A stretch of DNA of 63,319 nt from Acidimicrobiia bacterium (GCA_046714175.1 JBKKBI010000093.1:1-63319); one strand, 5' to 3'. Counted from the stretch's first letter, positions 30,372-40,620 are shown. Notes: generated by a model from the letters alone, not told the origin. A program made the numbers and translations.

Positions 30372-32051
30372 TCACGACGGCGCGAACTCATTCGCTCCCA
30401 CCGGCGCCTGAGTCCACCGGAAGTAGCCCCAGGTGGCGGCGGTGATGCCGGCGTAGAGGGCGGCGATAACCAGCACCACTCGCACCGATGACTCCTTGAA
30501 AGCATCCAGGTAGGCAAGGTCAGGGTTGACGACGAGCTGCCAGAAGGCAAAGGTGGCAACTCCGGCGAGCGCGATCCAGGCCGGCCGGCTCCACTCGATC
30601 ACCGCCTTCCCGTCCATGAAGGCCAGCGGGATCATGGCGTACATCACACCCTCGACTCCGCCGACGAACAGGACTGCCAGAGCGGTCTCGGCGAGATCCA
30701 AACCGCCTCCACCGGCACTGGCCCGGACCAACCCGAGCGCCGCCCACGCCAGAAGCGCCACTACCAGCACCATGGTGGCGGGATAGAAGGTCATCGCACC
30801 GGATTGGCGGCGGTCGGGGCGGATCGGGGCCAAGATCACCGTGGACGCGATGAATCCGTACAGGATCCCGGGTTGGAACCCGAGAACTCGCGAGACCACC
30901 ACGCACACCGCCGCTGCCAGTAGCGCGCCGCCGTGGACACGGACCCCCGCCGGAATGTGCAGCCTCGTGGACGAGAACCAGGCCGCTCCTCCCTCGCTGA
31001 GATAGGTGAGCGCTCCGATCCCGGCCACCAGCGACAAGAAGAGGAAGAGGCTGGCGCGGTTGAAGCCGAACCCAGGGCTGAGAAAGCCGTAGACCAGGCC
31101 GGTGAGAACGAGAATCAGCCCCACCCGAGACCGCGGCGTGAGCGCGATCCCAGTGTGCGGAACGAATCCGGCGAATCGGCCTCGCATTCGAGCAGCCCAG
31201 GCAGTGATCCGGTAGCGGTTGGCATCGACGGTGCTGTTGAACACCGCCGAGGTCACCGCAAACAGCAGCAACAGCAGCAAGGTGAGCAGCAGATTGGTGA
31301 GGAGGACTCCGAGGCTGTTGACGACGTCGCCCGGACCCGGGGTCGCCTGCACGATGTCGGCCACCCCGTCGCCGTCCCCGGGCGGAGGGCTCGGAGGCAG
31401 GGCGACGACCGTCGTGGTGGTCGCCGGAACCGTGGTGGTCGGGGGCAGCGTGGTCGAGGTGACAACGGTGGTCGTGGCGGGAAGCGTGGTGGTGGTCGGG
31501 GGCAGGGTGGTCGTCGTCGTGGTGGTGAGGCGCGGCGGGGGCGGAGTGGTGGTCGTGGTCGCGGCGGTGGTCGTGGTCGCGGCGGTGATCGTGGTCGCGG
31601 CGGTGGTAGTGGTCGTGGGAGGCGGTGCCGGGACGATGGTGTAGGTAGCCATCGCTTGCACACAGCCGCCCGCCGCCGAGGGGGGGCAGGTGCGGGCATA
31701 CACGTTGTGGCGGCCGCGGATCGCCCGACTCGGAGAAGGTGCCGTCACCACCGCGGTGCACGACACACCGTCGAACGTGGCCGAGGCGTAGGCCGGATTG
31801 GTTGGGCTATCCCAGTGGAAGGTCGCCACCAGCCCGCCGCTAAAACACTCCGGGCCTACCTGATAGAAGAAGGTGGCGGTGAAGTCGGCCCCGGCGGGAC
31901 CGCTGGTCGGGTTGAGGGTCAGGGAGGTGGCGCCGAGGGCGGTTCCCGGCACCGCCACCACCACCAGCGCCAGGAGCACCACCAGGATTGCGGCCGAACG
32001 CGCCCGGCGAACGCCGACTGTGCCGCCTCCGCCGTGGTTCATCGGCGGCAT
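30372..32051 (-). CDS. Signal peptide + Ig-like domain + Thr/Pro linker + multi-TM domain (FGLLP-motif membrane protein-like)
   Basis: LTLNPTSGPAG, poly-Thr linker, GFQPGILYGF, MIPLAFMDG. Confidence 0.7.
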   Translation of the reverse strand: MPPMNHGGGGTVGVRRARSAAILVVLLALVVVAVPGTALGATSLTLNPTSGPAGADFTATFFYQVGPECFSGGLVATFHWDSPTNPAYASATFDGVSCTAVVTAPSPSRAIRGRHNVYARTCPPSAAGGCVQAMATYTIVPAPPPTTTTTAATTITAATTTTAATTTTTPPPPRLTTTTTTTLPPTTTTLPATTTVVTSTTLPPTTTVPATTTTVVALPPSPPPGDGDGVADIVQATPGPGDVVNSLGVLLTNLLLTLLLLLLFAVTSAVFNSTVDANRYRITAWAARMRGRFAGFVPHTGIALTPRSRVGLILVLTGLVYGFLSPGFGFNRASLFLFLSLVAGIGALTYLSEGGAAWFSSTRLHIPAGVRVHGGALLAAAVCVVVSRVLGFQPGILYGFIASTVILAPIRPDRRQSGAMTFYPATMVLVVALLAWAALGLVRASAGGGGLDLAETALAVLFVGGVEGVMYAMIPLAFMDGKAVIEWSRPAWIALAGVATFAFWQLVVNPDLAYLDAFKESSVRVVLVIAALYAGITAATWGYFRWTQAPVGANEFAPS

Positions 32052-32112
32052 CGTACGCCGAGCAGGAAGCGACCATCCCGACTAGCTTCCTGCGCCGTCG
32101 CCGGGAGGGGTC

Positions 32113-32568
32113 ATGACCAAGGTCGAGATCTTCAAGTTGGTGCATGTTCTCGCCGCCATGGTCTGGGTGGGCGGGGCGATCACCGCCCAGGTGATGGCGC
32201 TCCGGCTGGCCAACGCTGCACCCGGCCATCGGCTGGGTTTCGCTCGAGACATGCGGTTCCTCTCGCAGTGGATCTTTCTCCCCGCGGCGCTGACCGCCTA
32301 CGTCTTCGGCGAACTACAGCTGAGCGAGATTCCCGCCTTCGACCGTGAACAGACCTGGATCACGATCGGCACGATCGGCTTTCTCGTCTCATTCCTCACC
32401 GCGGCGGCCTTCATGGTGCCGCAGATCCGCAAGGCGGTTCGACTCATGGAACAGGGAGCCGGCCCCGCGGCCGGTGCCGTGATCAAGCGAGTGTCGGTGG
32501 TCGCCCGAGTGATTGTTCTAATCCTGATCGTCGTCGTCTGGGCGATGGTCACCAAGCCAGGCCTGTAG
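32113..32568 (+). CDS. DUF2269-like membrane protein
   Basis: KLVHVLAAMVWVGG...WAMVTKPG. Confidence 0.8.
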   Translation: MTKVEIFKLVHVLAAMVWVGGAITAQVMALRLANAAPGHRLGFARDMRFLSQWIFLPAALTAYVFGELQLSEIPAFDREQTWITIGTIGFLVSFLTAAAFMVPQIRKAVRLMEQGAGPAAGAVIKRVSVVARVIVLILIVVVWAMVTKPGL

Positions 32569-32590
32569 AGCGCCCGCGAATGGAGGACGA

Positions 32591-33043
32591 GTGGACATGA
32601 CGGAGACGCTCAAGTTCCTCCACGTATTCGCCGCGGTCGTATGGCTGGGCGGAGGGATCACCCAGACCCTGCTGATGCGGCGCGCCCTCAAGGCAGATCC
32701 GGTCCATCGCCTCGGGTTGGCGCACGACATGAGTTTTGTCGGCAGCCGCGTGTTCGGTCCTGCTTCGGTCGCTGCGGCGCTGTTCGGGATCTGGATGGTG
32801 CTCAAAGAGCCGGCATTTGCCTTCGGCGACACCTGGATCATCATCGGCCTGGCCGGGTTCATCCTTTCCGGCGCGATCGGCGGGGCGTTCTTCTCCCCGA
32901 AGGGCAAGCTCCTGGTGTCCCAGCTCGAGGCTGGCTCGGACGCTGCCACCGGCACGCTGCGCATTATTGGCCGCGTCGCAGTGGTGGATCAGCTGATTCT
33001 GCTAGTCGTGTTGTGGGCGATGATCGCCAAGCCCGGAGCCTGA
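32591..33043 (+). CDS. DUF2269-like membrane protein (tandem paralog)
   Basis: KFLHVFAAVVWLGG...WAMIAKPG. Confidence 0.8.
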   Translation: MDMTETLKFLHVFAAVVWLGGGITQTLLMRRALKADPVHRLGLAHDMSFVGSRVFGPASVAAALFGIWMVLKEPAFAFGDTWIIIGLAGFILSGAIGGAFFSPKGKLLVSQLEAGSDAATGTLRIIGRVAVVDQLILLVVLWAMIAKPGA

Positions 33044-33044
33044 G

Positions 33045-35084
33045 CTACCGGCCGGGGTTGGCCACGGTGTGCACCACCATGGGCGCGCCGAGACCACCGG
33101 CGACGATGGTGAGCGGCAATTCGTAACTCGCCTGATCGATCAGGCAGAGCTCCTTGGCGGCCGCAGTGCAGTAGTACACGGTGAGGTCGAAGCGCACCAC
33201 CTCCGTGCCTGAGGTGAGTCCGGTCAGGATCGCGCGCAGCGGGAGTGCTGGCGCAATGGCAGTCAACTCCCCCTGCACTGCCGGACCCGCCCAGCTGACC
33301 GAAAGCGGCGCCCGGTCGTTGAGCACGTAGCCTCCGGGAAGCCGCACTTCGATCGTCACCGCGACGTCGCCCGGCGCCACCATCACCGCGTCGAGCGTCG
33401 TGACCTCGCCGGCCAACACCGGCATCCGGTACTCCTCGATCCCGAACAGCACCAGGGTGGAGCCGGCACCGGTGACCAGGTCGACGACCCGGATCGCATG
33501 GTTGTTGGTATCGGCCACGAACAGTTGGCTGCCCGCGATGGAGATACCCCCGGGCTCGTTGAATCGGGGGGCGGCGCCATCACTCCACCCCGACTCGCCC
33601 CCGGCGAAAGTAGTGACTTCTCTGGTGCCGGTATCGATCACGCGAATGGCAGAGTTGTAGGTGTCGGCGATGAATAGCCGTCCCGCGGTGTAGGCGACGC
33701 CGAGCGGATGCTGGAATCGAGCGGCGTTGCCCACCCCGTCCACCAGCCCGAAGTCGAACAGGCTGCGGTCCGCTCCGGCGAGATCCACGACGGTCCGTTC
33801 CGCGGTGAGGACCCTGATCGAGGACGACTCGGCGTCGGCGAAGAAGATGTTTCCGGTTCCGTCGGTGGCAAGCCCGCTCGGCTGGGCGAGGCCGACGTCG
33901 CGCGCCGGTCCCTCCCCCACGTCCTCCCGTCCGCTCCCGGCGACCGCCCGGGCGGCTCCGGTGGCGAGATCGATCGTCCATATCTGATGCGATCCGGCCA
34001 TGGCGACGTACAGCACCTCGTCGACGAGCAGCAGATCCCACGGCGAACTCAAGGCAGTCGCGGCCGCCGGCCCGTCGTTCGGCGGATACACCGGAGATTG
34101 CTCCCCGCTGCCGGCAAGGGTGGTGACACTGCGCGTGATCAGGTCCAGTGCTCGCACCGCGTGGTTCCCCAAGTCGGCGACATACAGGATTGACCCGTCT
34201 GCAGACAGTGCCAGTCCCTGCGGCTGATCGAATGCGGCGCTATCGAAGCCACCGTCGCCGTATCCGCGCCCCCCGCTCCCGGCGACGTCGAGCACCCGTC
34301 CGGTGGCGGCATCGACCACCAGCACCCGGTGATGGTTGGTGTCGGCGACGAATAGGCGCTCCCCGGCGGGGTCGGCATGGATCTTCCCCGGGAACGAGAG
34401 CACTCTCGCCGCAGGACGCGACACCTCGAGGGCGATGGGGTCCCGGTCGATCTGACCACGAAGATCGAACTCCTCCACCAGAGCGTCGATCACCGGCTGG
34501 AACACCGGGTAGATGCCCTCACCGGAGTGCCCTCCGACGATGTTCCCCGCCGGGTCGATCAGCACCAAGGTGGGCCAGGCGTTCACCCCCCACTGCTCCC
34601 ATACCGCGAAGTCGCGGTCGTTGACCACGGGGTGTTCCAGCCCATAGCGAGCGATGATGTTGCGGATGTTGGACGTCTCCCCCTCGTTGGCAAACTTGGC
34701 GCTGTGGACCCCGATCACCACCAGTTCGTCGGGGTACTCGGCTTCGAGTCGCTTCAAGTCGGGGATGATGTGGATGCAGTTGATGCACCCGTAGGTCCAG
34801 AAGTCGAGCAGCACCACCTTGCCGCGCAACTCGGCGACGCTGAGCGGCCGGGGTACGTTGAGCCAGTCGAGTCCGTCGGGGAACTCTGGGGCGGGTGTCG
34901 TGCCGGCGTAGGAGACTCCGTCGAACTCGCCCGCGGTGGTATCCGGGTTGATCACCGTATCCGCGGTACCGCCACCGCCGGAGCACGCGCCGAGCATCAC
35001 GACCAGGGATACCACGGTGGAAAGGCGGCGCACCAGCCTCACAACGCCCCTCTCACCCGGATCGTTCCCCGTCCCCGGAGTCAA
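33045..35084 (-). CDS. Thioredoxin-like + NHL beta-propeller lipoprotein (NHLRC2/SOQ1-like); true start probably about 35033-35042
   Basis: LGAC lipobox, DFWTYGCINCIH, NHL repeats ADTNHHR/ADTYNSAIR, C-terminal YYC...LC. Confidence 0.9.
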   Translation of the reverse strand: MTPGTGNDPGERGVVRLVRRLSTVVSLVVMLGACSGGGGTADTVINPDTTAGEFDGVSYAGTTPAPEFPDGLDWLNVPRPLSVAELRGKVVLLDFWTYGCINCIHIIPDLKRLEAEYPDELVVIGVHSAKFANEGETSNIRNIIARYGLEHPVVNDRDFAVWEQWGVNAWPTLVLIDPAGNIVGGHSGEGIYPVFQPVIDALVEEFDLRGQIDRDPIALEVSRPAARVLSFPGKIHADPAGERLFVADTNHHRVLVVDAATGRVLDVAGSGGRGYGDGGFDSAAFDQPQGLALSADGSILYVADLGNHAVRALDLITRSVTTLAGSGEQSPVYPPNDGPAAATALSSPWDLLLVDEVLYVAMAGSHQIWTIDLATGAARAVAGSGREDVGEGPARDVGLAQPSGLATDGTGNIFFADAESSSIRVLTAERTVVDLAGADRSLFDFGLVDGVGNAARFQHPLGVAYTAGRLFIADTYNSAIRVIDTGTREVTTFAGGESGWSDGAAPRFNEPGGISIAGSQLFVADTNNHAIRVVDLVTGAGSTLVLFGIEEYRMPVLAGEVTTLDAVMVAPGDVAVTIEVRLPGGYVLNDRAPLSVSWAGPAVQGELTAIAPALPLRAILTGLTSGTEVVRFDLTVYYCTAAAKELCLIDQASYELPLTIVAGGLGAPMVVHTVANPGR

Positions 35085-36853
35085 TCCCCGGCGTAGAGGG
35101 CGTCGATCTCCGAAGCGAAATTGGTCGCCACAGTCGTGCGCTTTACCTTGAGCGTGCCGGTCAGTTCGCCGGTTTCGATCGAGAGCTCGCGGGGCAGGAT
35201 CGTGAACTTCTTGACCGTCTCCACCCGGGCCAGCCGCTTGTTCACCGAGTCGATCGTGCTCTGGATCTGGCGACGGATCTCGGCAGATTGATGGAGTGGC
35301 CCCGTGACCCCGTGGGCGTCGGCGTAGGCGGCAGCCGCCTGCGGGTCGAGCGTCACCAATGCGGTGAGGAACTTGCGGCGGTCGCCGATGAGCACCGCTT
35401 CGGAAACCAGTGGGTCGTCCTTGATCCCGGCCTCGATGTCCTTGGGGGCGATGTTCTTGCCTCCGGCGGTGATGATGATGTCCTTCTTGCGCCCGGTGAT
35501 GGTGAGGAACCCATCGGAGTCGAACGACCCCAGGTCGCCGGACAACAGCCAGCCGTCATGGAAGCTCTCTCGGGTCGCCTCCGGGTTCTTGTAGTACCCG
35601 GCGAACACGTTGCCGCCCTGCAGCAAGACCTCGCCGTCTTCGGCCAGTTCGACCCGGCAACCAGGGTAGGGCAGTCCCACGGTGCCGAACTTGGTGCGGC
35701 CGGGACGATTGAAGGTGGTGGGGCCAGTGCCTTCGGACTGTCCGTAGACCTCGAGGACGCATATCCCGAACCCGGAGAAGAACTCGAGCAACTCCTTCGA
35801 GATGGGAGCGGCACCGGTCACCGCGGCGCGCACCCGGCTCAAGCCGATCCCCTGCTTCACCTTCTTGTGGACCACTCCGGCGAGCACGAGCTTGGCCCGC
35901 AGCGCGGGAGACGGGGCACCCCCCCGGTTGATCGCTGCCACTGCTTCCCGACCCACCGTCTGCGCCCAGGCAGCCAGCTTCGCCTTGGCCCCTTTGGCAT
36001 GACCGAGCTCGGCGGCGACGCCGCTCTGGAACTTCTCCCACACCCGGGGCACGGCGAAGAACACCGTCGGTGACACCGACTTGAGGTTGTCGAGCAGCGC
36101 TTCGATCGACTCGGCGAAATACACCGGGTATCCGACCGAGATCGGGATGTGCACCGAGAACATCTGCTCGGCTATGTGGCTCAACGGCAGGTACGACACC
36201 GAGGAGTCGGCCGGGTTCAGGTCGATTACCTCGCGGGCCTTGTCGGCCGTCCATGTGAGGTTGCCGTGGGTCAGCATCACCCCCTTGGGCTGGCCCGTGG
36301 TGCCTGACGTATAGATCAGAGTGGCGAGACCATCGGGTTGCAGTGCGGCCAGCCGGGAGTCGAACTCGGCGTCGGACACCTCCTGCCCCATGGCGACGAA
36401 CTCGTCCCAGCCCAGCACTTGGGGATCGTCGACCGCGGGGGCGCCGCGCATGGTCACGATCCACTTGAGATCGGGAAGGTCGGTGCGCACCGCAAGCACC
36501 TTGTCGAGTTGCACCTTGTTCTCCACCAGGATCACCGGAGCGGCGCCGTGGCCCGTGACGTACTGCACCTCTTCGGGCGAGGACGTGGCATAGATCCCGG
36601 CAGGGGCGCCCCCAACGGCCATGGTGGCCAGGTCGAAGACGACCCATTCCGGCCGGTTGAACCCGAGAATCATCGCGGTGTCACCGGGGCGGAAACCAGT
36701 AGCCAGCAGCGCCTTGCCGACGCGTCGCACCTGAGCCGCGTACTCCGACCACGATGTGGAGCGGTACTCGCCGTCGATCTTCTCGTAGTAGCCCGGGCTC
36801 CCGGGACGGGTCACGGCCTGGGCGAAAAGCCGGGCGGGGATCGTGTCGGCCAC
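35081..36853 (-). CDS. Long-chain fatty acid--CoA ligase
   Basis: IYTSGTTGQPKG, YGQSE, SGDLG, GRKKDIIITAGGKN. Confidence 0.93.
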   Translation of the reverse strand: MADTIPARLFAQAVTRPGSPGYYEKIDGEYRSTSWSEYAAQVRRVGKALLATGFRPGDTAMILGFNRPEWVVFDLATMAVGGAPAGIYATSSPEEVQYVTGHGAAPVILVENKVQLDKVLAVRTDLPDLKWIVTMRGAPAVDDPQVLGWDEFVAMGQEVSDAEFDSRLAALQPDGLATLIYTSGTTGQPKGVMLTHGNLTWTADKAREVIDLNPADSSVSYLPLSHIAEQMFSVHIPISVGYPVYFAESIEALLDNLKSVSPTVFFAVPRVWEKFQSGVAAELGHAKGAKAKLAAWAQTVGREAVAAINRGGAPSPALRAKLVLAGVVHKKVKQGIGLSRVRAAVTGAAPISKELLEFFSGFGICVLEVYGQSEGTGPTTFNRPGRTKFGTVGLPYPGCRVELAEDGEVLLQGGNVFAGYYKNPEATRESFHDGWLLSGDLGSFDSDGFLTITGRKKDIIITAGGKNIAPKDIEAGIKDDPLVSEAVLIGDRRKFLTALVTLDPQAAAAYADAHGVTGPLHQSAEIRRQIQSTIDSVNKRLARVETVKKFTILPRELSIETGELTGTLKVKRTTVATNFASEIDALYAGD

Positions 36854-36938
36854 GGCTGCCTCCTCGCGTGCGGAGCGGCATCGTACACCGCGGCCCGGCT
36901 CCGGCCTACGGCCCGTCACCGGGCGGAGTCCCGCCGTT

Positions 36939-38051
36939 TCAGGAGCAGGTGACCAGCGGCTGCAGCCGGAGCACCTCGGCGAGCAGGAGGCGGGTGGACC
37001 TTCCCACCACGCCGTCGATGAGGCGTCCATGGGCGTCCTGGAAGGCGCGTACCGCCCCCACCGTGCGGCTTCCGAAGATGCCGTCAGCCGGGCCCGGGTC
37101 GAGACCGACCACCTTGAGCAGCTGCTGCAGTTCGGCGACGTCCCAGCCCCGGGCACCCGCCCGAAGGTTGCGGCCATCCGGATCCAACACCGATGCGCCG
37201 GCGGCCAGCGAGACGAGTTCGGCGACTTCGGCCCGGGTCATCGATCCGACCACTCCATCGGCGGCGAGCCCATGCTGGGCTTGGAATGACCGCACCGCAG
37301 TGTGCGTCAACGAGCCGAACAGTCCGTCGATCGGCCCGGGAGCATGGCGGAACGCGTCAAGGAATTGCTGCAACTGCCGCACCGGGTCACCACCCGCGCC
37401 GAGGCGCACCAGACCGGTGGCGGCCAGGAGAGCGCCGACGTCGCCTACGCGGGTGATGCCGCAATGGGCCTTGCCTTGGGCGCTGAGAAGCGCGTCGTGG
37501 GCATTCACCAACACCCCGTCGGGGTCGTACAACTCGAAGTGGAGATGGGGTGGGGTGGTCTCAGCGGTGCCGCTGTCGCCCACCCAGCCGATCAGGTCGC
37601 CGGCGACGACACGGGTGCCGAGTTCGATCCCGGGGGCGATCCCCCAGCCGAGGCCGTCGTCGGTACCGGGCGTGTCGTTGTTGAGGTGGATGTACCACGA
37701 CTCCCAGCCGTCGTCGTGGGTGATCACCAGGGTGCAGCATCGCTCCGGATTGAGATCAGCCGGGTTCTGACTCCAGTTGATCCAGGTGACGGTTCCGGTG
37801 GCGGCGGCCACCACTGGTGTCATCTTGGCGGCCATCAGGTCCTGGGCATGATGGGGACCCGAGCCCCGGGCGGCCCAGAACCAGTCCTCGTACCACGCGC
37901 CGCCGACCACGGGGAAGGTGAGCGGATATTCGACCATTTCGCCGTAGTCGTGGGCAGGCCCGTCAAAGGGCTGGGCATGATTGGCCCACGCCGGTGCTGC
38001 CAGCGCGACGAGCATCGTCAGCACCGCGATAGTGACCAGGCGCACTCGCAT
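36939..38051 (-). CDS. Secreted M23 peptidase with two peptidoglycan-binding domains
   Basis: Signal peptide, HHAQDL, YIHL, PHLHFE; DGLFGSLT and DGIFGSRT PG-binding repeats. Confidence 0.9.
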   Translation of the reverse strand: MRVRLVTIAVLTMLVALAAPAWANHAQPFDGPAHDYGEMVEYPLTFPVVGGAWYEDWFWAARGSGPHHAQDLMAAKMTPVVAAATGTVTWINWSQNPADLNPERCCTLVITHDDGWESWYIHLNNDTPGTDDGLGWGIAPGIELGTRVVAGDLIGWVGDSGTAETTPPHLHFELYDPDGVLVNAHDALLSAQGKAHCGITRVGDVGALLAATGLVRLGAGGDPVRQLQQFLDAFRHAPGPIDGLFGSLTHTAVRSFQAQHGLAADGVVGSMTRAEVAELVSLAAGASVLDPDGRNLRAGARGWDVAELQQLLKVVGLDPGPADGIFGSRTVGAVRAFQDAHGRLIDGVVGRSTRLLLAEVLRLQPLVTCS

Positions 38052-38079
38052 CGATTACCTCCCTGCTCCGCCGTGAGAA

Positions 38080-38106
38080 ACATCGGCGGTATTCGCGCAC
38101 ACCTGA
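38080..38106 (-). promoter_or_regulatory. Possible sigma28 (WhiG/FliA-like) promoter
   Basis: TCAG-N15-GCCGATGT upstream of M23 gene. Confidence 0.4.
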
Positions 38107-38159
38107 GCCACAGATGGGAGAGGCGGGGAAGGCCGGAGCGGAGGAGGCCCGGCGCAGCA

Positions 38160-38230
38160 AGGCCCGATCCTGAACAGGGATCGGGCCTTGAGTGAGCGAA
38201 GTTTCTGGTGGGCGCTACTGGGATTGAACC
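38160..38230 (-). repeat. Duplicated tRNA-Val 3' end (25 nt) plus downstream hairpin; direct repeat of 38320-38388
   Basis: GGTTCAATCCCAGTAGCGCCCACCA-GAAACTTCGCTCACTCA-hairpin present twice. Confidence 0.92.
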
Positions 38231-38363
38231 TTTCCTGTCCCGACGCCACCCGCGGACGGACCCGTTCCGGATCACGCCATAGAGCCCCGGGGCAGCCAAC
38301 AGCAACCACTGGACAGGCGAGGCCCGATCCCGAACAGGGATCGGGCTGAGTGAGCGAAGTTTC

Positions 38364-38438
38364 TGGTGGGCGCTACTGGGATTGAACCAGTGACCTCTTC
38401 CGTGTCAGGGAAGCGCTCTCCCGCTGAGCTAAGCGCCC
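38364..38438 (-). tRNA. tRNA-Val(GAC)
   Basis: CTTCC-CT-GAC-AC-GGAAG anticodon arm; CCA encoded. Confidence 0.97.
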
Positions 38439-38468
38439 GTCGTCCCGGGCCGGCCATTCGGCCCTTCG

Positions 38469-38540
38469 AGGCGGCGCCCGGAATTGAACCGGGGTAAAGG
38501 GTTTTGCAGACCCTCGCCTGAACCACTCGGCCACGCCGCC
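38469..38540 (-). tRNA. tRNA-Cys(GCA)
   Basis: GGCGGCG...AGGGT-CT-GCA-AA-ACCCT...GGTTCAATTCC; CCA not encoded. Confidence 0.96.
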
Positions 38541-38571
38541 AGTGCCGCAGGAGGCCGGAGCATCCCGCCCC

Positions 38572-38647
38572 TGGAGCGGACGACCGGTCTCGAACCGGCG
38601 ACCTTCACCTTGGCAAGGTGACGCTCTACCAACTGAGCTACGTCCGC
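38572..38647 (-). tRNA. tRNA-Gly(GCC)
   Basis: GCGGACG...CACCT-T-GCC-A-AGGTG...GGTTCGAGACC...CCA; TATACT -10 at 38659-38664. Confidence 0.97.
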
Positions 38648-38681
38648 GAAGGGCGCGCAGTATACGCCACGCCTTTTCCGC

Positions 38682-39110
38682 TCAGGAACCAGTGGAACCA
38701 AACCCGGACTCACCGCGGATGCTCTCCTCCAGCTCGTCGACGACGACGAACTCCAGGTCGGCGGCGGCCACCACCAGGAGCTGGGCGATGCGGTCGCCAC
38801 GCTGGATGTGCACCGGCTCGGAGCCGTGATTGACCAGCGCCACCGCGAGTTCGCCGCGATAACCGCTGTCGACCACCCCCGGGGCGTTGACGATCCCGAT
38901 CCCGGAGCGGGTCGCCAGACCTGAGCGCGGCGTGACCAGGCCGGCGTGACCCGGAGGAATGGCCACGGCGACCCCGGTTGGTACCAGGCTGCGCTCCCCG
39001 GGCCCTAACGAGACCGCCACCCGGGCATACAGGTCGACGCCGGCATCTCCGGGATGGGCGGGCCGCGGCACCGGGAGGTCGGGGTCGAGCCGCCGCAATG
39101 GAACCTGCAC
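38682..39110 (-). CDS. dut: dUTP diphosphatase
   Basis: [38 protein letters not shown]. Confidence 0.96.
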   Translation of the reverse strand: MQVPLRRLDPDLPVPRPAHPGDAGVDLYARVAVSLGPGERSLVPTGVAVAIPPGHAGLVTPRSGLATRSGIGIVNAPGVVDSGYRGELAVALVNHGSEPVHIQRGDRIAQLLVVAAADLEFVVVDELEESIRGESGFGSTGS

Positions 39111-39186
39111 CCTGCGATTATCGCTCCTCCCGAGTGGGGCGGCTTGAGCCGCCGCCGCTCCAGGTCGAAGATGTTCCGTGGACGCC

Positions 39187-40131
39187 ATGCCGATTACCCC
39201 TCGCGAGCGCGACGCCAATAAGCGCACGATCCTCGACATGCTGGAGACGACTCCGGCCACGCTGGCGCGCCCGCAGCGGGAAGCGGATCCCGCAGACCAG
39301 ATCCCGGACATCGATTTCGACTGGCGCCCCCGCCCACTGGACCGCGCCGTCGCCACCCGACGCTCATTCCGCTGGTCGATCCTGGTGGCGGCCGCCGTTC
39401 TGGGGGGACTGGCCCTGGTGGCGGTGCAGGTGTTGATCACGGTGCCCCAAGGAAAGGCCGACGCCCGCCGGGTCGAGTACCGAGCGGCAATCGACGCGTT
39501 CGAACCAGCGCTCGTGGCCCTCGCATCCGCCCCCGCTCCCAGCGACCCCGACGCGCTTGGAGCCTTCGCCGACGCCCACCACGAGTTCTCCGCCGTGGTG
39601 CGCGCCGACCTCCCCACCGTGATACCGCTGCTTCCCATCGGACCGATCGAAGAGCTGCGTCCGGCGCGCTCCGAAATGCTGGCCGTGATCGACGCTGGTG
39701 ATCAGATGCTCACCGACCTCGCCGCGGCTACCACCTACCGGGAGGCGGCGGCACAGATCCTGGCGTTGCCGCTGCTGCCCACCGAGGCTCCCGAAGAGTT
39801 GATCGACGCCGCGGCGCGGGCGATCGCCGACATGCAGAGCGCCACCGAACGTGCCTACATCGGCCTCGACGACGACCCGGCATACGCCGCGTACCGCGAC
39901 CGGGTGGCGGAGGCCATCGACGCGCTCCCCGACTGGTCCGACAGTTATCTGCTGGCACTGCGCCGGGGGGATCCCGTGGAGACCGCCGCCGTGATCTCCG
40001 AAATGCAGGCCCGGGCCGCGCTGGCAGCAGCGGAATTGGAAGCGGCGGTGGCCGACGTCGATGCTGGGGCGGTGGCGACCATCGCCGGGATGCGGTCCGG
40101 GCTGGTCGAGGCCCGCATCCGACTCGGTTAG
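39187..40131 (+). CDS. Hypothetical single-TM helical protein
   Basis: Long GC3-biased ORF, one TM, Ala-rich helical ectodomain. Confidence 0.75.
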   Translation: MPITPRERDANKRTILDMLETTPATLARPQREADPADQIPDIDFDWRPRPLDRAVATRRSFRWSILVAAAVLGGLALVAVQVLITVPQGKADARRVEYRAAIDAFEPALVALASAPAPSDPDALGAFADAHHEFSAVVRADLPTVIPLLPIGPIEELRPARSEMLAVIDAGDQMLTDLAAATTYREAAAQILALPLLPTEAPEELIDAAARAIADMQSATERAYIGLDDDPAYAAYRDRVAEAIDALPDWSDSYLLALRRGDPVETAAVISEMQARAALAAAELEAAVADVDAGAVATIAGMRSGLVEARIRLG

Positions 40132-40135
40132 GCGC

Positions 40136-40585
40136 TCAGCGGGGCTCCTCCAGAGCCTCCATCTCCCGGGAGAAATCGCTGGCATCCAAGAAGTCCTTGT
40201 GGACCGAGGCGAACCGCAGGTAGGCGGCCTCGTCCAGGTCGCGCAACTCGGCAAGCACCATGCGGCCGATTTCCTCGGATCTCACCTCCGGGCCGAGCTC
40301 TTCGCACCGCGCCTCGATTCGGACCAGGGCGGCATCGAGGGCGGCGGGATCGCCATCGGGATTCGCCAGCGCCCGGACCATCCCGGCCCGCAACTTGGCG
40401 GCGTCGAAACCCTCCAGGCGCCCGTCCCGCTTCCGCACCACCAGCCCGGGTTGACGCCGCTCGTAGGTGGTGAACCGCTGCTCGCAGTTCTCACAGGCGC
40501 GGCGACGGCGAATGGCCGCTCCCGCCTCGGCGGATCGGCTGTCCACCACCCTGGTGTCGACGGCATCGCAGTAAGGGCATCGCAT
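40136..40585 (-). CDS. nrdR: Transcriptional repressor NrdR
   Basis: MRCPYC...RVVDSR...IRRRRAC..C..RFTTYE, AYLRFASV. Confidence 0.96.
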   Translation of the reverse strand: MRCPYCDAVDTRVVDSRSAEAGAAIRRRRACENCEQRFTTYERRQPGLVVRKRDGRLEGFDAAKLRAGMVRALANPDGDPAALDAALVRIEARCEELGPEVRSEEIGRMVLAELRDLDEAAYLRFASVHKDFLDASDFSREMEALEEPR

Positions 40586-40620
40586 CGCCGGCCAGGGTAC
40601 CGGCCCGCCTGCACCCGGGA

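Noticed and set aside
31400-31625. GTGGTC-rich repeats
   Set aside because: They encode the Thr/Pro linker of the 30372-32051 protein
26676-38205. Island bounded by tRNA-Val 3' ends
   Set aside because: The two 3' ends are inverted rather than direct, and no integrase lies between them; accessory-looking but not demonstrably one element
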